Positions 24,203 to 37,270 of a stretch of DNA of 51,727 bases are shown piece by piece. Positions within the stretch are counted from its first letter, which is position 1; the number at the start of each line of letters is the position of its first letter. Below the pieces are notes generated by a model. It saw only the letters and a list, made by a program, of their open reading frames with translations. It had not been told where the DNA came from and ran no database searches. The stretch covers positions 1-51,727 of the forward strand of contig MCFE01000627.1 in NCBI GenBank assembly GCA_002104905.1, given 5' to 3'. Both the position numbers and the translations under genes were made by a program. Origin of the DNA: Basidiobolus meristosporus CBS 931.73 (Eukaryota > Fungi > Basidiobolomycota).

Positions 24203-24212
24203 TTCTCCCCTA
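24203..24212 (-). promoter_or_regulatory. Polypurine tract (TAGGGGAGAA) of Gypsy B
   Basis: Directly abuts the 3' LTR and directly follows the pol stop codon; equivalent tracts at 16117 and 39273. Confidence 0.85.
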
Positions 24213-27200
24213 CTAAAGTTGAGAGGGTTCTCCTGAATCTTTTTTCTTGTGATACCAATATCTTGATGGTTCAGTATTATCAGCAAGTCTTGCAAGCTTG
24301 AGTCTGTCCCTATGCACTAAGTCTTCCCGGATATTGCCTTGTTTGTCCACCAGTTGGTAAGCTGCAAATGGACATTCTCTGATGATCTTAAATGGTCCTG
24401 TCCATTGTGGCTCAAACTTCTTCCGACTGTTGTTTCTTAGCAATACAAAGTTCCCAACTGTCAATGCTTCTGGTACTATAGTCTTATCAAATCTCTGCTT
24501 CATCTTTTCTGCGCTTTGAGATACTTTGGTCTGTGCCTCTTGACATCTTTGTTCCAGTTGCTGGTGTCTACTTGACTGACTGAGTTCATCTTCTAAGGTG
24601 TCTGTAAGCTTTGGTTGTGTGAGATCTCCTGGAATCCTTGGTTCACATCCATAAACTAAGTAAAATGGTGATTGCTGGGTGGTGTTGTGTACTCTGACTC
24701 TGCATGCAAAGAGTGCTTGGTCTATATACTCATCCCATCTACTGACAACTCCATTTGCATACTCGGTAAGCATTTTTCCAAATAATCCATTAAACCACTG
24801 AGTGACTCCATTAGTTCTGGGGTGATATGCCGAGGTTTTCAAGTGTCTGATCTGCTGCATTTCCAGGTAAGCCTCTAATGTCTTTGCCATAAAGTTTGCA
24901 CCTCTATTGGATAAGATCTCCACAGGGCATCCAAACTTCATCAGGATCTCATGGTAAATGAAACTTGCAACTTCTTGTTCACTGGCTATTGGTACAGCTT
25001 TAGCAACTGGCCATTTAGTGGCATGGTCAATAGCTACTAGGATCCAACGGTTGCATTTCCTGGTAGTTGGCAGTCTTCCAATAAAGTCAATTCCCCATCT
25101 CTCAAATGGTCTTACAGGCTCCAAAGGGAAGAGTTTGGCAATTCTTTGTGGCTGGCCTTGATTGATTTGGCAGTTTGGGCATGTTTCCACTAGCTTCTCA
25201 ATATCTTATTTCATTCTGGGCCACCATGCTCTGGCTTTCACAAGGCTATAGGTTCCTTCAATCGCAAGATGTCCATATCCATTGTGTAGCTTATGTATTA
25301 AATCCAGGCAAGCAACATAAGGACAATAGGCAATAGGGCTTCCATCAACAATTTGGTAGAGTGTTTCATCCTGTACAACAAATTTGCTGGCTTCATCACG
25401 GATTATCTTCTTGATATCTTCATCCACCTCATTAGGAATGGCTTGGTCCTCCAAGTACTTTGGTAATAGGCTAGGCCAATCTGATTCATGCACCAAGTTG
25501 AGTTGTGCAACTTGATCTAATCTTGATAAGGCATCAGCAACCGTGTTGTTTTTTCCAGGGCAGTAGACAATCTCCAGGTCAAATTGCTGAATGTATTCAC
25601 TCCATCTTGTCATTCTTCTAGAGAGTACCTTCTGAGTAAACATATACTTGAGGGAGGCATGATCAGTCTTCACAGTGCATTTGACTCCTTCAATATAGCA
25701 TCTCCATGTCTTCAAACAGTGTATTATAGCAAGCATCTCCTTCTCATGGACTGGATAGTTTTGTTCTGCTGAGTTCAGTTTCTTGGATTCAAAGGCAACA
25801 GGGTAGTCCTTTCCCTTGTGTTCTTGGCTCAGCACTCCACCAATTGCATAATCTGAAGCATCTGTGCGCAGAGTGAACTCTTTTCTGAAGTCTGGTATAC
25901 TTAGGCTTGGCAGCTTAGCAAGTTCATTCTTGAGCGTCTGGAAGGCAGTCTCACAAGCTATGTCCCACTTGTAGGTATTGTCTTTCTTGAGGATGTCAGT
26001 TAAAGGGGCTGCAATACTTGCTAATGACTTGACAAATCTCCGATAATAGGAAACCATTCCAAGGAAGGATCTGAGTTCTGATATGCTATGGGGCTGCTTC
26101 ATATTCTTGATAACTTCAACCTTCTTAGGGTCTAAGGTCACTCCTGTGCTAGTCACTATGTGTCCCAGGTATTCAACGTGTTCCTTGAAGAGTTCACACT
26201 TGGCTAGCTTGCCATATAGCTTGTTCTCTCTTAGTTTCTTCAAGACCTTTTCAATGTGCACTACGTGATCCTCTTCTGTCTTGCTGTATATCAATATGTC
26301 ATCCAGGTAGATTATCACAAACTTGTCTAAGTACTCCTGAAAGAGAGTCTGCATCCGCGTCATGAATGTTGCAGGGGCATTAGTGAGGCCAAAACTCATG
26401 ACTAAGTACTCGTAATGTCCATATCTGGTCCTAAATGCTGTCTTAGGAATATCTTCTGGTTTCACCCTAATTTGGTTGTATCCTGACATGAGGTCAATCT
26501 TACTGAAAATAGTGGCTCCATTAAGTTGGTCCAAAAGCTCATCAATCCAAGGTATGGGGTACTTATTCTTGACAGTAACTGAGTTCAGGGCTCTGTAGTC
26601 AATGTACATCCTAAGTGTTCCATCCTTCTTTTTCACAAAAAGCACTGGTGCTCCCCAGGGTGACTTGCTGGGCCTGATGTATCCTTGCTCCAATAGCTGA
26701 TCAATTTGTCTTTTCATTTCCTCCAATTCCAATGGACTCATTCTGTAAGGTGTCTTGCTCACTGGAGGGCTATCTCCTGTGTCAATGGCTTGATCCACGT
26801 CTCTGACTGGTTGTAGGCTTACAAGCTCATCTGGAAACACGTCTGAATATTTCTTCAAGAGAGTCTGGACCTGCTGGGGTGCTGGGGTAGAGGAATCCTC
26901 CTGTAATACCGCCATGAGGAACATCTGGGTACCTTTTCTAAGCGCTCTACAGAACTGGGTTTGCTAAGTTCACTTGTCTCACACACACTGGAATTGACCA
27001 AGTTGAAATCCTGCCTGGCAGGTAATAGCTCATAGGTCTTGTTGTCTTTTTGGATCTGAGTAGCATGGGTTCTCCAGTTGATTGATGGATTACAACAAAA
27101 TAGCCAGGTTTTCCCAAGTACAAGTTCAAACTTGCAGTTCCCAAATATATAAGCCTGTAGGTCTTCTTCATAGTCATTGATCTTCATTCTTACTGGCTGG

Positions 27201-28345
27201 GTAATACGGTTGATAATGTGGGAGTTCCCATCAGCTGTTGAGACTGAAGTTGATTTGGTAGGTTCTGAGTTGATCCCAGCTTTCAGAGCAAATTGCTCTG
27301 ACATGTATTCATGCGATGCTCCTGAGTCAATCATGATCTTGGCAGGTACTCCATTGATTACTCCATTCAAGTACAATAACTTCCCTGAGTTTGTAGTCAT
27401 TTGGGACAAGTACTCTTCTGTCATATGGAAGGTGAGTTCCAAGTCTTCTTCAAGCTCATCTTCCACATTACTGTGTTCATGGGACTCAATATGGTTGAAA
27501 GTTCTTGTTGGCTGGTGTCCATTTCTTCTCTGAGGGCAGTACTTTGCAATATGTCCCTGCTGGTGGCAATTGAAGCAAAGTCCTCTCTTCTTGCATTCTT
27601 CTGAGGAGGGATTCTTCTGCATAGCGTCTATTTCCATTGGTACTGCTTCTTATTGTCTTCTTTCATAATGATTATAGCCTTTCTGATTAGTCACTGTAGG
27701 CTTCCCAACTCCAAACATAGCTGAGTCATAGTCAATGGCAATCTTGATGGCTTCTTCAATAGTCTGAGGCCTTTGGTAATTGACTTCCTTGCGAGTTCTT
27801 TCTTTCAACCCATCAATAAAGTATTCAACTTGATCCAAGGGGTCCATTCTTTCAATTTGTCCAAGTATACATCTGTACTCATAGATGTATTCTTGCACCA
27901 TTCCTTTCTGTCTGAGTGTCTTTAACTTCCTTCTTAGTAGTGTCTGCTGGTGTGGAGGTTCAAAAGCATCCTGAATTTCCGACACAAACTCATCCCAGGT
28001 AGAGATTGTAGAGCATCCCATCATAGTAGCTGACCTGATCTTGTTGTGGTACCACTGTAAAGCTGCATCTGCCAGGTAAGAAGCTGCATAATGCAACTTG
28101 CTCTCTGGAGCAATTCCTTTAGCTTTAAAAGCTTCTTCAATCTGAAAGAGCCAAGTTCCCAGGTTTTCATTGACTCTGCCGTGGTACCGGTTGACCTTCA
28201 CACTAAAGTTGCTCTTGATAGGGCTTTGCTGGCTCTGAGCCATGGTGGTCATTCCTTGTTGCTGTTGGCTGAGGATCTGGAGTAACTGTTGCTGTTGGGC
28301 CAGGATTTGCTGCATGGCATTCTTCCATTCTTGATTGTCCAACAT
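24213..28345 (-). pseudogene. Gypsy B gag-pol polyprotein (~1377 codons): capsid, CCHC, protease, RT, RNase H, integrase with GPF motif, no chromodomain
   Basis: Three frame lesions: TAA at 27650 (TCA in A and C), a 1-bp loss near 26965 and TAA at 25206. The integrase also has D>N (ILSNRG). Confidence 0.95.
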
Positions 28346-28392
28346 CTTGAGGGTGGTTTCTTCTTTCTTCAGGAGGGAGGTTTCTGGTTATT

Positions 28393-28402
28393 GCTGCTAC
28401 CA
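28393..28402 (-). promoter_or_regulatory. Primer-binding site TGGTAGCAGC (3' acceptor end of tRNA-iMet)
   Basis: One nt inside the 5' LTR end and identical in copy A. Its complement GCUGCUACCA has the U72-A73-CCA end typical of eukaryotic initiator tRNA. Confidence 0.8.
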
Positions 28403-28482
28403 ATGTTACAAGTCTTGGTATAAGAGTTGTAGAGGAATAGGGAGTTTAGCTAGTATTGTATTCACTAAAACTTGTACTGATC

Positions 28483-28512
28483 TTTATTGAGGTTCCAGCA
28501 GCTCCTTATATA
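28483..28512 (-). promoter_or_regulatory. TATA box (TATATAA) and downstream AATAAA in the Gypsy LTR
   Basis: The minus strand reads tatataaggagctgctggaacctcaataaa; conserved in most LTR copies of the family. Confidence 0.6.
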
Positions 28513-29138
28513 CATTTTGCCAGATCAATTGCTGACTAATTGTATTTCCTAATGTAGGCAGTGGCAGATGACTCATTTGATTGCATCATCATCTCCCAAT
28601 AAGATCCTACTTAATATATCTATTTCTGTCTGATAAGGATCTGCTGACTCATTTGCTGACTAATGCTACTGATTTCATAGATAATACTGATATACTGATA
28701 ACCTAAATATATACTAATTGATTTGACTAAAAACTGATCTAACTTAAACATTCAAGCGGCAGATCATAACAACTCTACAGCTTTTTAGTGTGATATTGCA
28801 AATTTTCCATATATGCTGCAATGCTGGTAACACATACATCTTGCAAACCTATGCTTGATTGCTGCCACTTCTAGCAGGAATACCTCCTGAATATCTACAA
28901 AGAACTTTTTGGTATTTTGCAATTTATTCCTTCTACCTGCTGGACTCTAGTCCCTCCTATAGATGTGCTTTGCCTCTTGTTTGTGTGGTTTCTATATTAG
29001 ATTTTCTCCAAAACAATGGGTGAAAGACAGGGGCTGCTTTGCACAAAGATACAGAGCTATGTTTCACACTCTGTGGACAAGTATAGACTCACTTGGCCTC
29101 CTTGGCACATTATGGCATCATTTGGCACTCATGGCTCA

Positions 29139-29167
29139 ATGTGGCACTATCCAACAGAACAAGTCTA
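29139..29167. repeat. Second copy of the DDE-transposon terminal sequence
   Basis: 28/29 identical to 15929-15957, but the adjacent interior differs. Confidence 0.6.
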
Positions 29168-29479
29168 TTGAATGGTGTGGAAGTTGGCTTGTAGGCATGA
29201 AAAACCCAGCATACTTTGGTAGTGCTTTCCTAATAAAAGGTAGTTGCTTGTTGCACCCAACCCAACTTTGCATGACTTAACTGATTACCCAAATATTGGG
29301 GCTTCTCAGCTTCTTAATTCAGTTGGCATGGGTGTCTCCATGTGCATATCTATCATTAATATTTTTGAACTCTAGATGGTAGCCCTCCATGTACCAACTC
29401 ATCTCATCCAGGATGGCCTTGAAGGTAGTATTCTTGATGAGATTGGTATAAGGTAGTAATTGCTACTTAACTTTCTTCC

Positions 29480-32078
29480 TATCTGCCCACACAATACAGT
29501 AGTGACTGATGAAAGGTCAAATATGACTTGTGTGGCAAAACACAGGCCATGATCCTTGTAATATATGCTATGCTGCCTGAGTGCTTCAGTGCTGAGAGGC
29601 TTGCTACAATAGCCAGATAGTCATTTTTTGCTTCTCTTACAGAGTTGAATCAAAGTAGTCTTGTCCATGGGGCAAACAGTTTAATCTTCACCAACATAAT
29701 GCTATTATTTCACTTTTTGGTCAATATACATGTGAACTTAAGATGGTCTGTTATTTGAGACATTGCACCTACATGAATGTAAGATTCAATTATGACCTAC
29801 CATAGTAAGCATTATAAGTAAAGTTGTGGCACCACATACACACGTAAATGTAACACTGTTTCCCCTTTGGTTTGACTCACTTCTTAATATATGCCACCAA
29901 AAAAAAAGCAAAGCTATCTGGCTTCCAACCAAGCCCCACCACTGATGGCAGCAGATGAATGTTTGGACAACAGCATGCCTTGACATTCAGTGCAACAAGC
30001 AGGGCTACATCCAAAAAAGGCAATGCTAATAGTGTGCCTACTGAAGGTAATAATACATACTTCTCAGGCTCTCAGTCAAATAGGCAATTGAGACCCTCTG
30101 CAGAGTTACAAGCTGACTGTTGTGCTCAGGCAGATGTGCATGTAGCAAGTGCAGTAGCCTCAGCTGAAGACCAGCAAGTAGCCTTCATAACATCACCACC
30201 ACCCATATTAGCAAGTATGTTATCAGCTCATAGCAAAGCATTAATGAAGCAATTACAAGCGGTGGCTGATAGGTCAGATTCAATGGCCCAGAGAAATCAG
30301 TAAATAGTCTAGATACAGGAAGAGCAGATAACTGGTGTAGAGCAATCAATATCCCAGGTAGAATAAGTAGCAATTTGCTGCAATGAAGGAACTCAAGTAG
30401 CTCAATGCCATAGCCAAGAATTGAGCCATTTCCCAATGTAACTGCTGAGGAACACTGCACAGTCTTTGAAGCGCAACAACAGTGCTCAAAGATAAAGCCC
30501 ATAAAGAATCTATCACAGCATGGGAGGGAGACAATAAGGTGCTCATACTAAAGCCTAAAAATCAACAGACATTGAAGATCTGTGAAGCTGTTGGGTGCAA
30601 TAATGAAGAGTGGGCTAATATTAAGAGGCTGTCAGTAGTCTAGCACACCATCACCTGAGGGCCAGCATACCATGGGACCATCAGGAACTCAAGGCCAAAC
30701 AGAATGTACTTGACTTGTGCCATAAGCAATATCCTGGATTCAAGTGGGCAAGCAGATTTTAAGTCAGCATTGGTATGCTAAGAAAGTATCTTAAGAATAG
30801 CAGAAACTATCAAAGGCAGAAGAACAAGGGTACCATGGCTAGAAACCAGCAGCTTCCTCAAGAGCTAGTTACACGCAGGGAAAAAGACTCCAAACAAGCA
30901 TCAAAGAGGTGTCAAGCAGCAGGGGATTGCCTATTGGGAACAAGCAGGCAGACACAGTTGCACCAGTCCAAATTTATCTAGGAAAAAGTTTAGTACCACT
31001 CAAGAAGCACTCAGTCAGAGTAGCAGTGAAAGACCTGGCAGTGATGAAGAAAAAGGTAAGGAAAAAAATGTCAACCCAAGCCTGGGACAGGGAGGCATGC
31101 AAAAGAAAGTGCAGTTCTTGCCAATTATTACTACAAGCCTTGATCAGACTAAATCCTGACATAGCAAAGAAGAAGTACCAACAAGAAATCAGCTGCTTAC
31201 ACCAGAGTTAGAAGCACAGCCAGTTGAGCTACACTCCAGCAAGGTAGATGAGTTTGCAGCACAAGGCAATTTGTAGACCACAGCTTCCACATCCTACATT
31301 GTTGACAGAGTGGAGATTCCACTGACAGACAAGGCTGCAATGTCAAGAACTCAAAAGACAATCATGATGCCTTCAGTGGAATTTTGGAACATTATTAGGC
31401 ACACCAAGAGGTTATAGCACTTCTTCCAAAGCAGTGCTCAAAAAAACGCAATTGAATATTGAATGAATTTATTGCAAAGACTGGCAGATGAGGTGTTAGA
31501 CCTTGCAATGCCAACTGAAGACCAGGACATGGGAGAACTAGGTAATGAAGAGTGGCATAATGCCATTGGGCTCCTGCCAAAGTTGGGGAACCAGAGCATT
31601 ACAGCAGAAATACTAATTGAGTGTTGATCTTCATGGAGTTGATGGTTGAGTGTGTGGTTTGGCTTAATGTTAGTGTAGGGTATAGGAACTTGTGTAGGTC
31701 TATACAATTGGCAATTGCCATACAACTGAAGTTTCAACAGAAATAAATTAATTTATATGCATGAAAAGTAAGTGAAACATTTGAGTCAGGAGGTAAGGAG
31801 TGTGAAAAAGAGGCAACAGCCAATCAATGCACACAAACATAGGAGGCAATAGAGAGTCCAGGATCAGGAAGTGAGCAAATTGGCAAGGAACCAATCAAAT
31901 GCCACTTATATGTTGTTGTGATGAAACATTTTGAATAAATATTTTTTTCAAATCTGGGGTGTAATTATTATTTAGCGGTTGGTAGATGGTCTCCTGATTG
32001 GATCAATACCTCTTAGTCAAGAGACCTTAGTTTTGTGATGGTCTTTTGATGGGATCTTTACTATCATCTTTCATATGG
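29480..32078. mobile_element. CACTA-like remnant, copy 3 (inverted relative to copy 1)
   Basis: Reverse complement of about 4620-7110; accessory ORF pieces lie on + (29959..30303, 30775..30981, 30909..31211). Confidence 0.8.
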
Positions 32079-35000
32079 ATTAACTGGCCAGCAAGAATAA
32101 GTTGGTACAGTGGTGACTGATAAAAGGTCAAATATGATTAGTGCAGCAATACACTTGCTGTGATTCTTGTGATACTTCCTAAGCTGTTTGCATATCAAAA
32201 GCTTCAAAGAAGCATCAAAGAGGCATCAGGTAGCTTGGAAAATGCCAATACAAACAAGTAGGCAGACACATATGCACCAGCACAGCATTGATCAAGGAAA
32301 ATGCAGAATACTATTCAAGAAGCACTAAGTTAAAGTAGCAGTGAAGGACCTGGCAGTGATAGGGGAAATGTTGAAATATTAGAGAGATATATTGGAAGTG
32401 AATTGGAGAATTAGAAGATTTACATGATATTCACTTGATGTTTTATTGAGTTGCAACACAGTATTTATACTTATTGCAGAACTACGTAAATGCAACTATT
32501 TGGTCATTATTAGGGGAGTCTCAGGAGTACATGTGCCAAGTTTTGGCTCATTTGGACAAGTTTCAGATTTTCCTAAAATTCTGTACTTCTCTAATTCCTA
32601 ATAGTTAGTAAATATCTTACAAACTAATTTTCATGTTGATAATCTGAAATATATCATTTCACTAAGTGCTAGTTCATAATATACTAATAATTAGGTGGAT
32701 TCCTAATTATTTCAACACTCCCACTCACATAATATATTCATGTACTTATGAACTTGCTGTGGTGTTGTGTATCTTGCGGTTGAAATTAAACCTGCAATTA
32801 ACCATCTAACCTATTGGACTAATGTATTCTCCAATATATGTTAAGGATTGCATATTATCTGTAATAACTAAGTATAAGTTCATACTGTTAATTACATACT
32901 TCAGATCAAATTGCTTTGAGTCTGAATTCTGATTTCATCACAAATATCTATGAATGAGTATCATCCATTTGATCGGAGTAAAACTTTTCATATACTGATC
33001 GAATCCCGGCATAGTATGTATCATCAGAGAGCTGCGTTCTCAGGCTATCTGCTGTTTCTTATTTGAGTAAAATTGGTCAATAATTAGGGAAGTTAGGATG
33101 TGTTCTTCTCTCCAGTAGATCTGGATCATCCACAGTTCCGGTCTATAGTCTAATTCACTTAGACTATCCTCCATATATCCATAACTGGATCTGGATAGTA
33201 ACTTTCCTCATATACTCTATATATGATCTGCTGAGACCAACAATTGGTCAGCATTGTAGTGGCCTTATTCTTCACCGGTTGACCAAGTATTTCCTCTTCC
33301 GGACTAGTGCCTTCAATAGTATCTAGCTTAGCTTTTCTTCATTCCTGATCTGGGATATTGTACTCCCACTGAAGCTACGTCTTCTGGTGCTTCCTGCCTT
33401 CTAAAATTGACTCAGATAGATCATATATACCCTTCTGATCTAGGCATAACTTTCTTGGACTGATATTGCAGTTACGGTATTGAGATCTTCCCTTTACATC
33501 TTGATAGGCTTGATTTGGTATCACAAGATACCACAGCCTGATTGGCAGCTATTCATAGAGGTTTCATCCTAAACAGGATAGATATGGTCTCATATGTACT
33601 GTTGCGCTTTAAACAGTACAACCTGATCTGGCACTTTCTAATTGCGTAAATCTACCATAACAGCTCTGATAAGTCACTGTTACTTCTGATAGAATTTTCC
33701 AGCATAGAGTTCGGTTGACAGTGCAAATAGACAAGTCCATGATCTTCTGGACCCATTATAACCCTTAGGTTGGCCCTTGATACCACTTCTCTAGCTCCAA
33801 CTGTAAGTAAGTTGACTTCATTGCTCACCGTAATTGAGATGTTGCCTCTGAGTACGTAGGTTCTCTTGGACTGCTTTGCTGCTTTCCTTAGCAACAATAC
33901 TCCACTATCCTTGTGTGGTAGGATAACTGGATCAAATCTAGTGTGCTAGATAGTCCAAATCTGGCTTAGGTGTCACCTAACTCCATTTAGAAACTGACAA
34001 CTTATTGGCGGTAGGTTTTTGTTCCATATCTGGTCTTAAAGATGCTGGTTGCTGGAATTTCCTTATTGATCTAGATCTGGACCATGCAGGTAGCATATCC
34101 ACGGTTTGTTAGATCTCCCAGAGTGTTCAGGAACCTCCTGTCTTCAAAACATATCTATTCTGAGATGTTTCAACCAAATCGGTCATCCATTTGGATCTGG
34201 CATAACTTTTCACAGGCTTGATCAAATTTGATCAAATAAACTTCCTTAAAAAGCCATTTCTCTCAGCATCTCGGTGGCAGATATCATCATTGCAGTTTGG
34301 CCCGTAGCTGGGAGCTGCAAGTAACTTGATCTGATCATAATAGCATGATTAACATCTGATCCATGTTAATATAAATGATCCTTCATCACTGTATGTATGT
34401 GATATATGTACTAGCGTAGGGCAACTAGTACACTCCTTGATAGTACTTCATGCATATTCTCTAGTGTATACAGAGACTATAAGCATATACTTTGGTCAAG
34501 GTCTCCGGTAGCACTTTTCTTGATGGTGGTAGAAATTCCATGCTTCAACATATATGGATATATCTCCTCCCACTGTTCCTGATACTTGATGTAGACATGT
34601 AGCTTGTCTAATAAGTGTCTCACAGGGCCTCAGGATCTTTGGTACTGGAAATAGTACCATTGATATATCATGTGTACCACTCCTAAGTTGGCATGTCTGA
34701 GATCACTGATCTTTGGCCAAATATATAGGTATTATATATCATTTTGATCCTCAGAGTTTGGGCAAGCTGATCCATATATTTGTCTGCATATCCAACTCCA
34801 AACTAGGGCAGCAGGCGGCATCAAAGTATTTGCGCATCATTTCATTTCAAGTGGCTACAGACTTATGTAAATTCACTGCAGCAATGTGGGCACTTCATTG
34901 ACTGAAATAGTCTAATGCAAACCCAGGTATATGTGGATCATCAACATAGCTCCTTTATGTTGTGATAATAAGGATCATAGCACTAATACATATATCATGT

Positions 35001-36010
35001 AATATGCCCCTTATTGATCTGGACTCCTTGCTGGGATTACGCATTTTCTCAAAGCTTCATCCTTCTGCAGATTTCATAATTTAAAAACTGTCCAACATGA
35101 CCTCCTTGACATATGACCTTTTTCTTTGCTTAGTGTCTTCTTTAAGGGCAAAGGCCTCTTTCTCCAAAACAATATATCCCATCTAGCAGTTCTTTGCAGC
35201 GGTAGTACTTTTTCTGTCTTTTGTAACTTCAGGTAGACCAGGCAGTCTTTCTCCAGAATAAAGACACAGCACTAGAGCAAAGTGGATAACTAAGATAAAG
35301 CAAGCTCGGGGCTCATAACCTGTTGAAATATTAGAAAGATATATTGGAAGTGAATTGGAGAATTAGAAGATTTACATGATATTCACTTGATGTTTTATTG
35401 AGTTGCAACACAGTATTTATACTTATTGCAGAACTATGTAAATGCAACTATTTGGTCATTATTAGGGGAGTCTCAGGAGTACATGTGCCAAGTTTTGGCT
35501 CATTTGGACAAGTTTCAGATTTTCCTAAAATTCTGTACTTCTCTAATTCCTAATAGTTAGTAAATATCTTACGAACTAATTTTCATGTTGATAATCTGAA
35601 ATATATCATTTCACTAAGTGCTAGTTCATAATATATTAATAATTAGGTGGACTCCTAATTATTTCAACAGGAAAAGGTAAAGAGAAAAATGTCAACCCAA
35701 GCCTGAGACAGGGAAGCATGCAATAAAGTCTGCAGTTCTTGCCAATTAATGCCTCAAGCCTGGAACAGACTGAATCTCATCATTGCCAAGAAGAATTACC
35801 AACAAGAAAACAGCTGTTTTCACAAGGGTTGGAAGCACAGCCAGTTGAGCTACACTCCGGCAAGGTAAATGAGTTTGCAGAGAAAGGCAATTTGTTTACC
35901 ACAGCCTCAACATCCTCCATTGTTGACAGAGTGGAGGTCTCACTGACCAACAAAGCTACAATGTCAAGAGCTTCAAAGACTATCACAATGCCTTCAGTGG
36001 AACTTTGAAA
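32079..36010. mobile_element. CACTA-like remnant, copy 4 (32079-32368 and 35670-36010), split by copia C3
   Basis: Joining the flanks at the GGAAA TSD restores gacctggcagtgat...ggaaaaggtaaagagaaaaatgtcaaccc, as at ~31035-31080. Confidence 0.75.
32369..35669 (-). mobile_element. Copia-type LTR element C3 (3301 bp) with a non-coding interior
   Basis: 349-bp LTRs (32369-32717, 35321-35669) with 5 differences; TSD GGAAA; PBS GGTTATGAGCCCC (35308-35320); PPT GTGAGTGGGAG (32718-32728); longest listed internal ORF 81 aa. Confidence 0.93.
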
Positions 36011-37270
36011 CAATAATAAGCAAACTCAATATTGTTTCTCTGAGGATTAAATGTTTGAAAGCCCTGTTTTAGTGTCTATTCAAGCATGGCATATCTGGAA
36101 CTCTCAAGAGCACTAAGCCCAGCCGGCATTTTAAGCCAACTCCATTGCTTTATAGCCAAGACTAGCTATCTACAAAATTAGGATTGAATGTAAATGTTTC
36201 TACAAATATTAAAGCCACTCTCTGACAATCCTAAGATTATGCAGTCAATTAACCCTTTTGGTAAGTTGCACCACTGAAGGGCTTTGCTACCCTTCTGCAT
36301 ATATATAGCAGCTTACTTATGTTGGGATTTCAGTGACCACACTATAGGCATAAAGCTGAACACTCAAATCTCTGCCTCTGCTGCATCCATGCTCTACTGC
36401 ATCTGGTGAAGCATGTAAGCAATATTGGAAGTTGCTTCACCTGTTTAGAATTATGTATAGTGAAAACACTAAAACGTGGGAGGTTGAGTGGATGTACTCC
36501 ATGACTAACACATACTAACAAAACCAACTCTCCATATAGAGAACAAACAGACATCAGCATGTGATAGGAGCCAAGTGGGCAAGCTACAAACCTGTGGCCA
36601 GAATCCACAAATGGAAACCAGGGATACTTAAAGCATAGGGTATTTGTGCAAGCAAAAGCATTTCACTGTCAGCAGTGAATATGCTTTTCATCAGTATCCC
36701 TAAATTGGTAACCAAGTTACACATGGGGCATCTCAAGCTAAATGGGCTAATGGAGACACCTTGTAAATACAAAATGATTGGCAAGATTTTGCTAAGAATA
36801 TGCTACCCAGAGTGCCTCCCACAAGCTTAGATCAATATTCTTATACCTTAGTTTTGATACAAATGCAAGTACTGGATGAGCTAGTTATCCAATAGTTCAA
36901 GTGGCCTTCTGGAGCAATTTCCATGTTGAATACATTGGAAGTATTGCATTTGATTGCCTACATTGCAGAATAATTCATCCAGAAGCAGAGCACCAACTTC
37001 AAGTTGCTGTATCTACAGCTTTTATGCTGTGAGTTTGTGATAGGATTTGGGTGACTATATTACAGCCATAAAGCCAAATGTGTAGGTATCTGCTGCTTCT
37101 ATCCCTGTTTTCTACTGCATCTTACTCAGTATGTGGAAAACATTGAACCTTGGTTCAACTTTTTGGGGTCTCCTATGAAGCATATGTGTGCGGTGAAAGG
37201 AAGACAAGAGTGGTTGAAAGTACTGCCATATTGAAATTTATAAAGGGTAAAGCCTGCAAGCCCTTCACAT
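36011..37270 (+). other. Highly decayed sequence, possibly the central part of a CACTA-like transposase
   Basis: Only weak peptide hints (KYWMS*LSNSSSGLLEQFPC*IHWKY) and adjacency to a CACTA-like remnant; no intact ORF. Confidence 0.25.

Larger units (their letters stand above)
23835..28771 (-). mobile_element. Ty3/Gypsy LTR retrotransposon, copy B, full length (4937 bp)
   Basis: Two 368-bp LTRs (23835-24202, 28404-28771) with 9 differences, 4-bp TSD ACTC, PBS, PPT and complete gag-pol domains. Confidence 0.97.

Noticed and set aside
24203-24330. Chromodomain or env-like ORF at the Gypsy 3' end
   Set aside because: Pol ends directly before the PPT in all three copies, leaving no room for either.
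25206-25208. RIP-like CpA mutation inferred from CAA>TAA and TGG>TAG stops
   Set aside because: Stops made by C>T can only come from CAA, CAG, CGA or TGG, so they do not show a CpA preference. Only the CpG loss is clear by eye.
26855-26990. Programmed gag/pol frameshift in Gypsy B
   Set aside because: Copies A and C have AGC AAG AC(A/C) CAG in frame here; B has simply lost one base.
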